Shown: positions 22,538 through 32,814, counted from the first letter of the stretch. The stretch: 64,000 bases of DNA from Ilumatobacteraceae bacterium (GCA_963772085.1 CAVYWH010000010.1:17257-81256), one strand, 5' to 3'. The notes: generated by a model from the letters alone, not told the origin. Numbers and translations: made by a program.

Positions 22538-25017
22538 TCAGGTTGTAGCGTCGCAAGCTGTCGTGTCCGGCGTGAATCCCAGCCCTTTGGTCCCAACTCG
22601 TGACGACACTGCGGCGTGACGCCGCAGTTCCTGCAGGTGGTTGTGAGGCACCGACAGATACAGCCGGTCGGTGCGGGCACGGGTCGCGCGCAACGCCACG
22701 TCGGTTATTCGTACCAGATCGACGAGGTCGTGATCGTGCGCCCTCGGGATCCGTGGCGAACGCCGATCCGTGCGATCTCGTGCAGCAGCCACGCCTCGGT
22801 GGTGAGATGGCCGGTGGTCGCCGCGAGGTCGGCGCCCGCGGGAACACCTCGATCGCTTCGGCCCTCCGGCCCTGCGCCGAGCACCCACGCCGGCCCGAGA
22901 CACCGTTCGGGCAGCAGGAACCCGAACCGTCCTTCGATCGCCGCGAGATCGACGAGCGCCTGATGGGCGATGGACATGTCACCGGCCAGTGCGGTCATCG
23001 CCGCCAGCCCGGCGAGGGCCATCGACCGCGGGCCCCGCCAGTCGGCGGAAGCGGCCACCGACGCCGACTCCCGGCACCACCGCTCCCCCGTCGTCGGACG
23101 TGCCCGGATCAGCGCGATCCGCGACAGGTTCAGCGCGAACCACGTCTGGCCGGTCAGCGAACCAGCGTCGACGGAACCCTCGTAGCCGGCGAGCGCGAGC
23201 GCTTCGGCATCATCGAGCGAGCCATGCTCCTGCAACGCGAAGCACAGCGTGATCAAGTGGGTCGCGAGACTCGTGAGCCCGATGTCGCTGCCGAGGACGG
23301 CGTGGCGGGCGTATGCGATCTGCGCCAGATCGATCGCTTCGGTCGTCCGACCGGTGAGCGCGAGCACGGTCACGCCGGGCGTCGCCCAGAGGATCTGCGC
23401 CCGGGCGGCATCGGCATCGAAGTCGGCTGTGGCGTCGAGGGGCGTGGTCAGGTCGCGGCGCAGGTCGAGACCCTCGAGGATCTCGAGCGCAGTCGCCGGA
23501 TGACCGTCGTAGACCTGCAGCAGCGCCGCCGGCTGACCAGCTCGTCGCGCAGCGACCCGAGTCCCTCGCCGGCGAGCCGCGGCGCGGCATCGTCGGTCAC
23601 CCGGCGTGCACGATCGGGGTCGAGGAGACCGAACAGGAGGTTCGTACCGCGTTGCCCGACCAGACGGAGCACTTCGGCGGGCGTGCCGTCAAGGCTGTCG
23701 GCGGCGGCGAGCACGGCCTCCGACTCGGGCCACCCGCCGGTCTCGTAGAGCGCCTCGCCGAGCAGGATCCCGGTGCGCATCGTCGGTCGCCCCGCGTGCG
23801 CTGCCCGGGCGAGACGCAACATGAGGGGGAAATCGCCGGCGTGGCGAGCCAACATCGCGGCCGACTCGGCGAGGACCGGATCGATCTCCTCGCCCGCTTC
23901 GAGCCGCCAGCGCGGCCACCCGGAGGAGATCGGCGGGCTGCCGTCCCGCCCACGCATCGACGTGGTCGGCGTGCGCCCGCAGGATCGTGCGGGTGCGGAG
24001 CGTCGGGATGGCCGCCCGCACGGCGTCGATCAGCAGCGGGTGGGCGAGCGCCACCACCTCGGAGCTCCGAGCGGCCTGAGCCGACCTGCACCGACACGAG
24101 CCCGTCCTCCTCCAGTGTCTCGAGAAGATCGTGGCCGAAGCGGTCGATCATCAGGTCGAGTCCCGAGGGCCCGACCAGCGCAAGGAGCTCGAGCACGGCC
24201 CGCTCGTCGCCGGCGACCGCGGACACACGGTGGTACAGCAGTTCGGCCGCACGGTGGCGAGTGGGCAGCATCCCCGTCAGCGACCACACCCCGTCGACCT
24301 GAACGAGCACGCCGTCGGTCTCGGCCAGCGCGGGCCAGCTCGCGCAGCAGCAAGGGATTGCCGCCGCTCGACTCGCGCAGGGCCCGCTCGGCACGCCCTT
24401 CGACCGGCCCACCGAGGCCCAGGTGCAACAGCGTGTTGACCGCGTCGTCGACGAGCGGACCCAGGTCGAAGCGTCGCAGCCGGTCGCTCCGCCAGAGCGA
24501 CCGGAGAGCGTCGGGCTGCGGCTCGTCGGACCGCACGGTCACCACGAGCGCCGCCCGATTCTCGTGCACGAGCTGCGCCAACAGGGCCAGCGACTACGGC
24601 GTCGAGCAGATGCGCATCGTCGATCATCAGGACGAGCCGGCCGTCGACGTCGCCGAGCACACGCCTGGCTTCCGCCAGCAGACGGGTCGGATCGAGCGGC
24701 ACGTCGCGGGTCGCGGCGATGACCACTTCGGGCGACAGCAGGTGGGCGAGCGCCCCGAGCGGCAGCGCCGACGAGGTGGCGTCGGCCGTCGCCCGCGCCA
24801 CGCGGTGGCCCGAACGCTCGACGTCGGCGGTCAATTCCTCGGCGAATCGTGTCCGGCCGACGCCGGCCTCCCCGACGATCACCACCCCGTTCGTCGACTC
24901 GTCGAGCACCGCCACCCGTGCGGCGGCCATCTCCAGTCGGCGACCCGTGAACGGCCAGCGCTCGCCCCTCGTTTGGTGGAGTTGGTGGTCGGACCGACCC
25001 AGCACGCCCCTCGCCAT
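22538..25017 (-). pseudogene. Large P-loop ATPase transcriptional regulator (LuxR/LAL-like); at least 6 frame changes
   Basis: N-terminus WPFTGRRLEMAAARVAVLDESTNGVVIVGEAGVGRTRFAEEL (ORF 24277..25017). Continuation fragments lie in ORFs 24030..24581, 23597..24412, 23689..24057, 23448..23957 and 22705..23373 (helical/TPR-like). The possible C-terminal HTH remnant ...RLYLSVPHNHLQ... (ORF 22538..22903) is weak. The 3' end is uncertain. Confidence 0.55.
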
Positions 25018-25137
25018 CGCGGACCTGACAGTAGCGGTGCCATGACACCGGCGCTGGAACAGCGTCGCGAATGCAGTACCCGCTGCTCAGGTCACTCCCG
25101 CTCTCCGGCGTCACAGTGGGAACAACGAGCACGGTCA

Positions 25138-25156
25138 GTGAGTACTGGCTACTCAC
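25138..25156. promoter_or_regulatory. Palindrome GTGAGTActggcTACTCAC in the lower-GC divergent region between the ATPase regulator and a lipoprotein gene; candidate operator
   Basis: Read directly (7-5-7). AGTAC-containing half sites recur at about 25074 and 25200. Confidence 0.3.
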
Positions 25157-25261
25157 GATGCGGCAGGAATTTTCGGCAATGTGTATCAAGCACCCGATGG
25201 GGTACTCAACAACAACCGTGAACAACAGCGTGAACACGCGAACCCAGACAAGGAACCCACC

Positions 25262-25648
25262 ATGATCAAGTCACTCCGCAACAAGCCCCTCCGCATGGTC
25301 GCCATCGCCGTCCTCCCGCTCGCCCTGCTCGGCACGGCTTGCGGCTCCGATGACGACGGCGATTCGCCGGCCGACACCGAGGCCGACGCCCCGGCCGACA
25401 CCGAAGCCGCCGGCGACGAGTCCGGCGAGGCCAACGCGGAGGTCGAGGCGTTCTGCACCCAGGTCGACGAGTTCGTCGCCGCGATGGATGAAGTGCTCGC
25501 CGACCCCTCGAGCGGTGATGTGGCGGAAATCACCGCTCAGGGTCAGGATCTCGCGGCGGCGGCGACCGACCTCGCCGGCTCCGTCGAGGGGGACGACACC
25601 GAACGTCTCCAGGAGTGCACCGAGGAACTCAGCAACATCGGGAGCTGA
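25262..25648 (+). CDS. Small acidic secreted lipoprotein, unknown function
   Basis: AAGGAA 7 nt upstream of the ATG. Signal peptide plus lipobox MVAIAVLPLALLGTACGS. The mature part is rich in Asp, Glu and Ala. Confidence 0.6.
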   Translation: MIKSLRNKPLRMVAIAVLPLALLGTACGSDDDGDSPADTEADAPADTEAAGDESGEANAEVEAFCTQVDEFVAAMDEVLADPSSGDVAEITAQGQDLAAAATDLAGSVEGDDTERLQECTEELSNIGS

Positions 25649-25722
25649 GCACCATCGGATGGGTGAGCAGCACCGGCACCAGCGTCGCTGTCGGCGCTGC
25701 TCACCCCCGAACGCGGGGACGA

Positions 25723-25764
25723 CCCGCCCTCCCGACCGTCACCACGGTCGGAGGGCGGGTTTTC
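25723..25764 (+). terminator. Intrinsic terminator: CCCGCCCTCCCGACCG-tcaccac-CGGTCGGAGGGCGGG followed by TTTT
   Basis: GC-rich 15-bp stem (one bulge) plus a T-tract, 75 nt after the lipoprotein stop. Confidence 0.75.
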
Positions 25765-25782
25765 GCGTTACCTTCCCGGTGC

Positions 25783-26478
25783 ATGTCGACCGATCCGTTG
25801 CCTGACAGTCGCACCCACGTGTTGCTCGATCTCGACGGCACCATCTCCGACTCGTCGCTCGGCATCGGACGATCGTTGCGCCACGCGTTCACCACGTGCG
25901 GTTACGAGGCGCCGACCGACGAACAGGTCCGGTCCGTCATCGGTCCGCCGTTCGAGTTGACGTTCCCGACGCTCGGCGTTCCGCCCGAGGACGTGGAGCG
26001 CGTCGTCGAGGCGTACAGGATCCGCTACGAAGACGTCGGACTCTTCGAGAACGAGGTCTACCCCGGCGTCGCCGAGATGCTCACCGATCTCGCCGACGCC
26101 GGCTACGTCCTGGCGCTGGCGACCGCCAAACCACAACACACGGCGATTCGCATCATCGAACACTTCGGGTTCACCGACGCCTTCGCCTTGCAGGCAGGGG
26201 CAACCGCCCACGTCGGTTCGATGCGACGCACGAAAGCCGACGTGATCACCTATGCGCTCGGCCAGCTCGACATCGAACCCGGTCCTCACGTCGTCATGGT
26301 CGGCGACCGTGACCACGACGTGGAAGGCGCCCTGCTCAACAGCATCGACTGCATCGGCGTCACCTGGGGCTTCGGCGACCGTGCCGAGCTCGACGGTGCG
26401 GGCGCCGCGGCGGTCGTCGATGCGCCCGATGAAGTTGTGCCGGCCGTCGCCGCCACGTACCGTCCTGTCCGGACATGA
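25783..26478 (+). CDS. HAD-superfamily hydrolase (phosphoglycolate-phosphatase-like)
   Basis: DxDGT motif VLLDLDGTISDS, plus LALATAKP and MVGDRDHDVEGA. Intact. Confidence 0.8.
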   Translation: MSTDPLPDSRTHVLLDLDGTISDSSLGIGRSLRHAFTTCGYEAPTDEQVRSVIGPPFELTFPTLGVPPEDVERVVEAYRIRYEDVGLFENEVYPGVAEMLTDLADAGYVLALATAKPQHTAIRIIEHFGFTDAFALQAGATAHVGSMRRTKADVITYALGQLDIEPGPHVVMVGDRDHDVEGALLNSIDCIGVTWGFGDRAELDGAGAAAVVDAPDEVVPAVAATYRPVRT

Positions 26479-26882
26479 GCACAGAGATCGCACCCGAGGC
26501 CACGTCGGTCACGCCGGTCACGCCGGCATCGTCTGCCGACCGGTTCATGCGCCGGCTGCTGCGCCTCCCCGAGGGCAAGACGGCGACCGCCGAAGAGGCC
26601 CGATCCGCGTTCCAGAAGTCGATCTTCATCAGCGCCGCACGTTGCGTGCTGATGTACGTCTTCTTCCCGTTCGTCCTCCCGCTGATCGGCGTGGCCAAGG
26701 GCGTCGGACCGGTCATCGGAGTGATCATCGGGATGCTGGCGATCGTGTCGATCACGTTCAGCATCCGTCGCTTCTGGCGCGCCGATCACTCGAAGCGCTG
26801 GCACTACACGATCTTCGGCGTCGTGATCATCGGCTTCCTGATCTTTCTCGCCGTCAAGGACTTCAGCAACATCATCGACTGA
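26475..26882 (+). CDS. Small integral membrane protein, unknown function
   Basis: Intact 135-aa ORF whose ATG overlaps the HAD stop (ATGA). Three predicted hydrophobic helices (VLMYVFFPFVLPLIGV, VIGVIIGMLAIVSITF, TIFGVVIIGFLIFLAV). Confidence 0.55.
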   Translation: MSTEIAPEATSVTPVTPASSADRFMRRLLRLPEGKTATAEEARSAFQKSIFISAARCVLMYVFFPFVLPLIGVAKGVGPVIGVIIGMLAIVSITFSIRRFWRADHSKRWHYTIFGVVIIGFLIFLAVKDFSNIID

Positions 26883-26897
26883 GCGTCATCGGCTGAA

Positions 26898-26932
26898 GGT
26901 CGTGCATTCGTGCCAGGCACCGATGCACGACC
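26898..26932. repeat. Hairpin GGTCGTGCATTCGTGCC-A-GGCACCGATGCACGACC (GGTGCCWGGCACC family, copy 2)
   Basis: Read directly. Lies 16 nt after the membrane-protein stop. Followed by a CGCATGC direct repeat upstream of coxS. Confidence 0.6.
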
Positions 26933-27000
26933 TCGCATGCAAACGCATGCGTGCGGATGAGGCATGATGTGTTCCAAGTCGCCACCCGAACACGAACCGC

Positions 27001-27477
27001 ATGGGGGATTCTGTGGAAGTCACCGTCAACATCAACGGAACGTCCTGCACGCACGACGTCGAGCCGCGCACGCTGCTCGTGCATTTCATCCGCGAGCAGG
27101 CCGGCCTGACCGGTACCAACGTCGGGTGCGACACGTCCTCGTGCGGCGCTTGTTCGGTACACCTCAACGGTGAGGCCGTGAAGAGCTGCACCGTGTTGGC
27201 GGTGCAAGCCGACGGTCAGGAGATCCGCACGATCGAAGGCATGGCCGACGCCGACGGCACGCTGCACCCGATGCAGCAGGCGTTCATGGAGAACCACGGC
27301 CTGCAGTGCGGGTACTGCACGCCGGGCATGGTGATGGCCGCGAGCAGCCTGCTGCTCGAGAATCCGAACCCGACCGAGGAAGAGGTCCGCCTCGGTCTCG
27401 AGGGCAACCTGTGCCGCTGCACGGGCTACCACAACATCGTCAAGTCGGTGCTCGCTGCAGCATCGGCCGGCGCCTGA
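27001..27477 (+). CDS. coxS: (2Fe-2S)-binding small subunit of a CoxSLM-type molybdoenzyme
   Basis: [16 protein letters not shown]...C and [11 protein letters not shown]...NLCRCTGY cysteine motifs. Intact. Confidence 0.9.
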   Translation: MGDSVEVTVNINGTSCTHDVEPRTLLVHFIREQAGLTGTNVGCDTSSCGACSVHLNGEAVKSCTVLAVQADGQEIRTIEGMADADGTLHPMQQAFMENHGLQCGYCTPGMVMAASSLLLENPNPTEEEVRLGLEGNLCRCTGYHNIVKSVLAAASAGA

Positions 27478-27566
27478 GCGCACGGTGACGGGGCGCGCTG
27501 CGCCCGCCCGCACCGAGCGCTGACAACCGGGGGAACTGAACATCGACTGGATGGGGGTCCAGGAAC

Positions 27567-30029
27567 ATGACAGTCATCGACGACACCGCCACCGACCGCG
27601 CCGCGACCGACCACGTGGTCGACGGCAACAAAGTCATCGGCCAGCGCCTGCTGCGCAAGGAGGACCCTGCGCTGCTCACGGGCGAGGGCGTGTTCACCAA
27701 CGACATGAAGGTGCCGGGAGCGCTGCACCTCGCGGTGGTGCGCAGCCCGTACGCCCATGCCCGCATCGTGTCGATCGACACGTCCGCGGCGGCGGCGATG
27801 CCGGGCGTGCGCGCCGTCTACACCGGCGCCGACCTCGAGTCGACGTGGGCGGCACCGATGCCGTGCGCATGGCCGGTCACCGACGACATGAAGAACCCGA
27901 CGCACTACCCGCTCGCGGTGCACACGGCGCACTACTCCGGCGACGGCGTGGCGGTGGTGCTCGCCGAGAGCGATGCGATCGCCCGTGACGCGATCGAGGC
28001 GGTCGACGTGCAGTACGAACCGCTCGAAGCGGTCACCGATCTGGAGGACGCGTTGTCCGACCGGGTGATCGTGCACGAGGAACTCGGCACGAACACGTCG
28101 TACACGTGGAACCTGCTGATCGAGGAGCAGGAGGGCGACGTCCAGCGGGCGTTCGACGCTGCGACGTACACGGTGAGCGAGCGGTACGTGCAGCAGCGGC
28201 TGCTGCCGATGGCGATGGAGCCGCGCGCCGTGGTGGCGATGCCGCAACCGTTCGGCGGCGACATGACGCTGTATTCGTCCACCCAGGTGCCGCACATCCT
28301 GAAGGTGATGACGGCGATCACGCTGGGCATCCCCGAGCACCAGATGCGTGTGGTCGCCCCTGCCGTCGGCGGTGGATTCGGCGCCAAGCTCAACGTCTAC
28401 GCCGAGGAACTGCTGTGCGTGGCGCTGGCCCGCAAGCTCGGCACGCCCGTGCGCTGGAACGAGGAGCGCTCCGAGAACGCCGTGGCCACCATCCACGGCC
28501 GTGGCCAGATCCAGCACATGGAGCTCGCCGCCGACGAGAACGGCCGGCTGACCGCCGTGCGGGTCCGCCTCATCGGCGACATGGGCGCCTACCTCCAGCT
28601 CGTCACGCCCGGCATCCCGCTGCTGGGTGCGTTCCTGTACGCCGGGGTCTACGAGCTGCCGAAGGCGTACGACTTCTCGTGCACCTCGGTGTTCACCACG
28701 ATGACCCCGACCGACGCCTACCGCGGTGCCGGACGACCCGAGGCGACCTACGCCATCGAGCGGTCGATGGACTCGTTGGCGGCGAAGATGGGCATCGACC
28801 CGCTCGAGCTCCGGCGACGCAACTTCATCCCCACCGCCAGCTACCCGTACGAGGCCTTCACCGGGCTCACCTACGACTCGGGCGACCACGATCTGGCCGC
28901 CTCGAAGGCGGAGGAGCTCCTCGACTACGCCGGTGCCCGTGCCCGCCAGGCCGAGCAGAACGTCGAGGGCGCCACCAAGCGGCTCGGCATCGGGATGTCG
29001 AGCTACTTCGAGATGTGCGGGCTCGCCCCGTCGCGCGTGCTCGCCTCGCTGAACTACTCCGCCGGCGGGTGGGAGGCGGCGACGGTGCGCATCCTGCCGA
29101 CGGCCAAGGTGCAGGTGGTCACCGGCACGTCACCGCACGGGCAGGGGCACGAGACGTCGTGGGCGATGATCGCCGCCGAGCGCCTCGGCATCGACCCCGC
29201 CGACATCGACGTGCTGCACTCCGACACGGCGATCGCCCCGCTCGGGCTCGACACGTACGGATCCCGATCGCTGCCGGTCGGCGGGGTGGCGATCGCGATG
29301 GCCTGCGACAAGGTGATCGACAAGGCCAAGCAGATCGCCGCCCACCAGCTCGAAGCGAACCCGGACGACCTCGAGTTCTCGGGCGGGGTGTTCCGCGTGG
29401 CCGGTTCACCCGACAAGGAGATGCCGCTCGCGGCCATCGCGTTCGAGGCGTTCACGGCGCACAACCTGCCCGACGGCCTGGAGCCGAACCTCGAGGCACA
29501 GGTCACCTACGACCCGCCCAACTTCTCGTGGCCGTTCGGCACGCACATGTGCCTCGTCGAGGTCGACGTCGAGACCGGCCACATCGACGTGCTCAAGTAC
29601 GTGGCGGTCGACGACTGCGGCGTGCAGGTCAACCCGAACATCGTCGACGGCCAGGTGCACGGCGGCGTCGTGCAGGGCATGGCCCAGGCGCTGTTCGAGG
29701 GCGTCTCCTACGACAGCGACGGCAACCTGCAGACCTCGACGCTGGCCGACTACATGATGCCGGCGGCGAGCGATGTACCGCCGATCACCCTCGGCCACAC
29801 GTGCACGCCATCGCCCACCAATTCGCTCGGAGTGAAGGGCGTCGGCGAAGCTGGCACCATCGGCGCCGCACCCACCATCATGAACGCCGTCGTCGACGCG
29901 TTGTCCGGCCTGGGCGTCCACGACGTCCCGATGCCGGCCAGCCCGCTCAACGTCTGGAACGCGATCAACCGCGCCGCAATTGACACAGCGAACAACACAG
30001 CCACGACCGCCACTGGAGGCAACCCGTGA
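27567..30029 (+). CDS. coxL: Molybdopterin-binding large subunit, form II CoxL-type (substrate unknown)
   Basis: Intact 820-aa ORF. Active-site loop PTDAYRGAGRPEATYAIERS (AYRGAGR, not the CO-oxidising AYRCSFR). S-L-M gene order. Confidence 0.9.
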   Translation: MTVIDDTATDRAATDHVVDGNKVIGQRLLRKEDPALLTGEGVFTNDMKVPGALHLAVVRSPYAHARIVSIDTSAAAAMPGVRAVYTGADLESTWAAPMPCAWPVTDDMKNPTHYPLAVHTAHYSGDGVAVVLAESDAIARDAIEAVDVQYEPLEAVTDLEDALSDRVIVHEELGTNTSYTWNLLIEEQEGDVQRAFDAATYTVSERYVQQRLLPMAMEPRAVVAMPQPFGGDMTLYSSTQVPHILKVMTAITLGIPEHQMRVVAPAVGGGFGAKLNVYAEELLCVALARKLGTPVRWNEERSENAVATIHGRGQIQHMELAADENGRLTAVRVRLIGDMGAYLQLVTPGIPLLGAFLYAGVYELPKAYDFSCTSVFTTMTPTDAYRGAGRPEATYAIERSMDSLAAKMGIDPLELRRRNFIPTASYPYEAFTGLTYDSGDHDLAASKAEELLDYAGARARQAEQNVEGATKRLGIGMSSYFEMCGLAPSRVLASLNYSAGGWEAATVRILPTAKVQVVTGTSPHGQGHETSWAMIAAERLGIDPADIDVLHSDTAIAPLGLDTYGSRSLPVGGVAIAMACDKVIDKAKQIAAHQLEANPDDLEFSGGVFRVAGSPDKEMPLAAIAFEAFTAHNLPDGLEPNLEAQVTYDPPNFSWPFGTHMCLVEVDVETGHIDVLKYVAVDDCGVQVNPNIVDGQVHGGVVQGMAQALFEGVSYDSDGNLQTSTLADYMMPAASDVPPITLGHTCTPSPTNSLGVKGVGEAGTIGAAPTIMNAVVDALSGLGVHDVPMPASPLNVWNAINRAAIDTANNTATTATGGNP

Positions 30030-30850
30030 TTCCCGCAGCTTTCGACTACGTCCGCGCCGAATCGGCGGAGGAGGCGATCAGCCTCATCGGTGAACACGGC
30101 GACGAGTCCAAGTTCATCGCCGGTGGCCACAGCCTGTTGCCGATGATGAAGCTGCGCCTCGCCCAGCCGACCGTGCTGATCGACATCGGCCGCCTGAGCG
30201 ACCTGTCGTACATCCGTGACGGCGGCGACCACATCGCCATCGGTGCGTTGACGCGGCACATGGACGTCGAGACGTCGTCGCTCCTGAAAGAGCACGTGCC
30301 GCTGCTGGCCCACGCCGCCGGTGAGGTCGGCGACCCGCAGGTTCGCCACCGCGGCACCATCGGCGGGTCGCTCGCCCACGCCGATCCGGCGTCGGACCTT
30401 CCGGCCACCACGCTCGCCCTCGGCGCCACCTATGTCGCCCAGGGTCCGAACGGCACGCGGGAGATCGCCGCCGCCGACTTCTACCAGACGTTCTTCGAGT
30501 CGGCGCTGAACGCCGACGAGCTGCTGACCGAGATCCGCGTGCCGAAGATGAACGGCGCCGGCTGGAGCTTCCAGAAGTTCAACCGGCGGGCGCAGGACTG
30601 GGCCATCGTCGGCGTCGCCGCGTGGCGGGGCAACGGCAACTCGGGCGTCGGGCTCGTCAACATGGGGTCGGTGCCGATCCTGGCCACCAGCGTGTCGTCG
30701 GCCCTGTCGAGCGGCTCGTCGATCGAGGAGGCGGCGGCTCTCGCGGTGGCCGAGGCCGAGCCCCAGGCCGACCTCAACGCCAGCGTCGAGTACCGCACCC
30801 ACCTCGCCAAGGTGCTCACCAGGCGCGCCCTCGAGGCCGCCACCAACTGA
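30026..30850 (+). CDS. coxM: FAD-binding medium subunit of the CoxSLM-type molybdoenzyme
   Basis: GTG overlapping the coxL stop. FIAGGHSLLPMMKLRLAQP, RHRGTIGGSLAHADPA. Intact. Confidence 0.9.
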   Translation: MIPAAFDYVRAESAEEAISLIGEHGDESKFIAGGHSLLPMMKLRLAQPTVLIDIGRLSDLSYIRDGGDHIAIGALTRHMDVETSSLLKEHVPLLAHAAGEVGDPQVRHRGTIGGSLAHADPASDLPATTLALGATYVAQGPNGTREIAAADFYQTFFESALNADELLTEIRVPKMNGAGWSFQKFNRRAQDWAIVGVAAWRGNGNSGVGLVNMGSVPILATSVSSALSSGSSIEEAAALAVAEAEPQADLNASVEYRTHLAKVLTRRALEAATN

Positions 30851-30965
30851 CCCTGCCGCGACTCGCGCGGCGCCCGAGCATCGGCGCCGTCTCGCTCGTG
30901 ACGAGCCGCCGGTAACGTCGCGGCCGATGTCGTTCGAGCCGTCCGACGCCGACGCTCCCCGTCCA

Positions 30966-31000
30966 CTTGTCACATCGGTGCCAGGCACCGGCGTGACAAG
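30966..31000. repeat. Hairpin CTTGTCACATCGGTGCC-A-GGCACCGGCGTGACAAG (GGTGCCWGGCACC family, copy 3)
   Basis: Read directly. Same apex as copies 1 and 2 on an unrelated stem. Downstream of coxM. Confidence 0.6.
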
Positions 31001-31147
31001 TTCGTCCGCTCCGCTCGCGTCCGGGCGGCGCGGTGGGGGCTGGACGAGGCGACGTGGACGCGGATCCGGATCGCGGCGGTCGCCGCCTACCTCGTCGCCT
31101 ACGTCTGGTGGTTCGCCAACCGCGGCATCATCGTCGACCGCATCTCG

Positions 31148-32080
31148 GTGTCGGTGTCGGTCGTGCTGTTCCTGATCGTGTGCACGATCGGAAGGTCGTG
31201 GCGCGACTGGTTGCGTCTCTGCCGCGACGCCGGGTTGTTCGTGCTGATGTGGCTCGCCTACGACGAGAGCCGCGGGCTCGCCGATCGGGTGGGCATGCCG
31301 ATCCAGGTCGAATCGGTGCGCAACATCGACCGGTTCCTGTTCCTCGGCACCGATCCGACCGTGTGGCTGCAGCACCGGTTCTTCGACGGACCCGACACCG
31401 TCCACTGGTACGACGTGGCCGGCTCGATCGTCTACTTCTCGCACTTCATCGTGCCGCCGGTCGTGATCGCCACCTTGTACGTCGTGAACCGCCACCAGTG
31501 GTCGCGCTACATGCGCCGGTTCGCGACGGTCCTGTTCGTCGCCTGCACGATGTTCGTGTTGCTGCCGACCGCGCCGCCGTGGATGGCGTCCGGCCGGGCC
31601 AACAACCTCGGTCTCGAGCTCGACGCGCTCGAGCCGCTGGAGCGCCCGACCGGCAACGGGTGGCGCCACATCGGGCTCAGCTCGTTCGTGCGGGCCTGGG
31701 ACACCGGCCGCGACTGGTCGAACCAGGTCGCGGCGATGCCGTCGCTGCACGCCGCGTTCGCGCTCTTCGTGGTGGTGTTCGCCTTCCGCTGGGTGACGAA
31801 CTGGTGGCTGCGAGCGCTGATGCTCCTGTACCCGCTGGCGATGGCCGTGGCGTTGATGTACTTCGGTGAGCACTACCTGGCCGACGCGCTGATGGGGTGG
31901 GCCGTGGTCGGGTTGTCGTTCGTCGTGTGGAACCGGGTCGAACGACGTCAGGCGCGGCGAGCGCAGGGTCGATCCGCGAACCGGTCGGTGGATCGCACGG
32001 AGCGGGCGACGAGCCGGCGGAACCGGTGCCGCTCGACGACCGGATCGTCGCGGCCGGCCCGTCAGAGCAGCCCGGCGTAG
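31148..32080 (+). CDS. PAP2-superfamily membrane protein (PAP2_C / inositol-phosphotransferase-like); N-terminus probably extends upstream
   Basis: ORF 31148..32080 is multi-TM with AAMPSLHAAFALF and YFGEHYLADAL motifs. The same frame is open upstream and encodes a plausible helix (IRIAAVAAYLVAYVWWF), but has no ATG or GTG before 31148. Confidence 0.65.
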   Translation: MSVSVVLFLIVCTIGRSWRDWLRLCRDAGLFVLMWLAYDESRGLADRVGMPIQVESVRNIDRFLFLGTDPTVWLQHRFFDGPDTVHWYDVAGSIVYFSHFIVPPVVIATLYVVNRHQWSRYMRRFATVLFVACTMFVLLPTAPPWMASGRANNLGLELDALEPLERPTGNGWRHIGLSSFVRAWDTGRDWSNQVAAMPSLHAAFALFVVVFAFRWVTNWWLRALMLLYPLAMAVALMYFGEHYLADALMGWAVVGLSFVVWNRVERRQARRAQGRSANRSVDRTERATSRRNRCRSTTGSSRPARQSSPA

Positions 32081-32790
32081 GCGCCCCCGTCGACGTGTAG
32101 CTGCACGCCGGTCGTGAAGCGGGCCTGCTCGCTGCACAGGAACGTCACGATGGCGCCGAAGTCGTCGGCGTCGCCCATCGTCATCGAACCGACCGCGTCG
32201 TGCCCGTACAGCTGCTCGACACGGGCCGTGCGATGCAGCCCGGGCTGCACGCTGTTCACGGTGACCCCGCTCGCCGCGACCTCGAGCGCGAGGGTCTTGA
32301 GGAACCCGGTCACACCGGCGCGTGCCGTGTTCGACAGGATCAGGTTGGCCATCGGCTGGCGGACCGACAGCGACGTGATCGCCACGACACGTCCCCATCC
32401 CTGGTCCTGCATCGCGGGAACGGCCGCCTTGCACATGGCCACGACCGCGAGGAGGTTGGCGTCGAGCGCGGTCGGATACGCATCGACGGGCGTCGACGCG
32501 AAGTTTCCGGCGGGCGGTCCACCGCCGTTGGGGACGAGGATGTCGATGCCGCCGAGCGCCTCGGCGGCGGCAGCGACGAACGCCGCCGCGCCGTCGGCCG
32601 TCCCGACGTCGGCGACGATCGGTATGCAACCGTGGCCGACCTTCGCCGCCGCGTCGGCCAGGCGGCCGGCGTCGCGTCCGCAGATGACGACGCGCGCGCC
32701 CTCCGCCGCGAGCGCCGCCGCCGACGCGAGTCCGAGCCCCGATGATGCCGCTGCCACCGCGGCCCGACGACCGTTCAATCCAAGATCCAT
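32062..32790 (-). CDS. SDR-family oxidoreductase (atypical active site)
   Basis: MDLGLNGRRAAVAAASSGLGLA (Rossmann Gly motif), NGGG, VAITSLS. SNTAR stands at the position where YxxxK is expected. Start taken at the internal Met 32790 of ORF 32062..32814. Confidence 0.75.
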   Translation of the reverse strand: MDLGLNGRRAAVAAASSGLGLASAAALAAEGARVVICGRDAGRLADAAAKVGHGCIPIVADVGTADGAAAFVAAAAEALGGIDILVPNGGGPPAGNFASTPVDAYPTALDANLLAVVAMCKAAVPAMQDQGWGRVVAITSLSVRQPMANLILSNTARAGVTGFLKTLALEVAASGVTVNSVQPGLHRTARVEQLYGHDAVGSMTMGDADDFGAIVTFLCSEQARFTTGVQLHVDGGAYAGLL

Positions 32791-32814
32791 GCGAGAACCG
32801 TAGACAGCTCGCAC

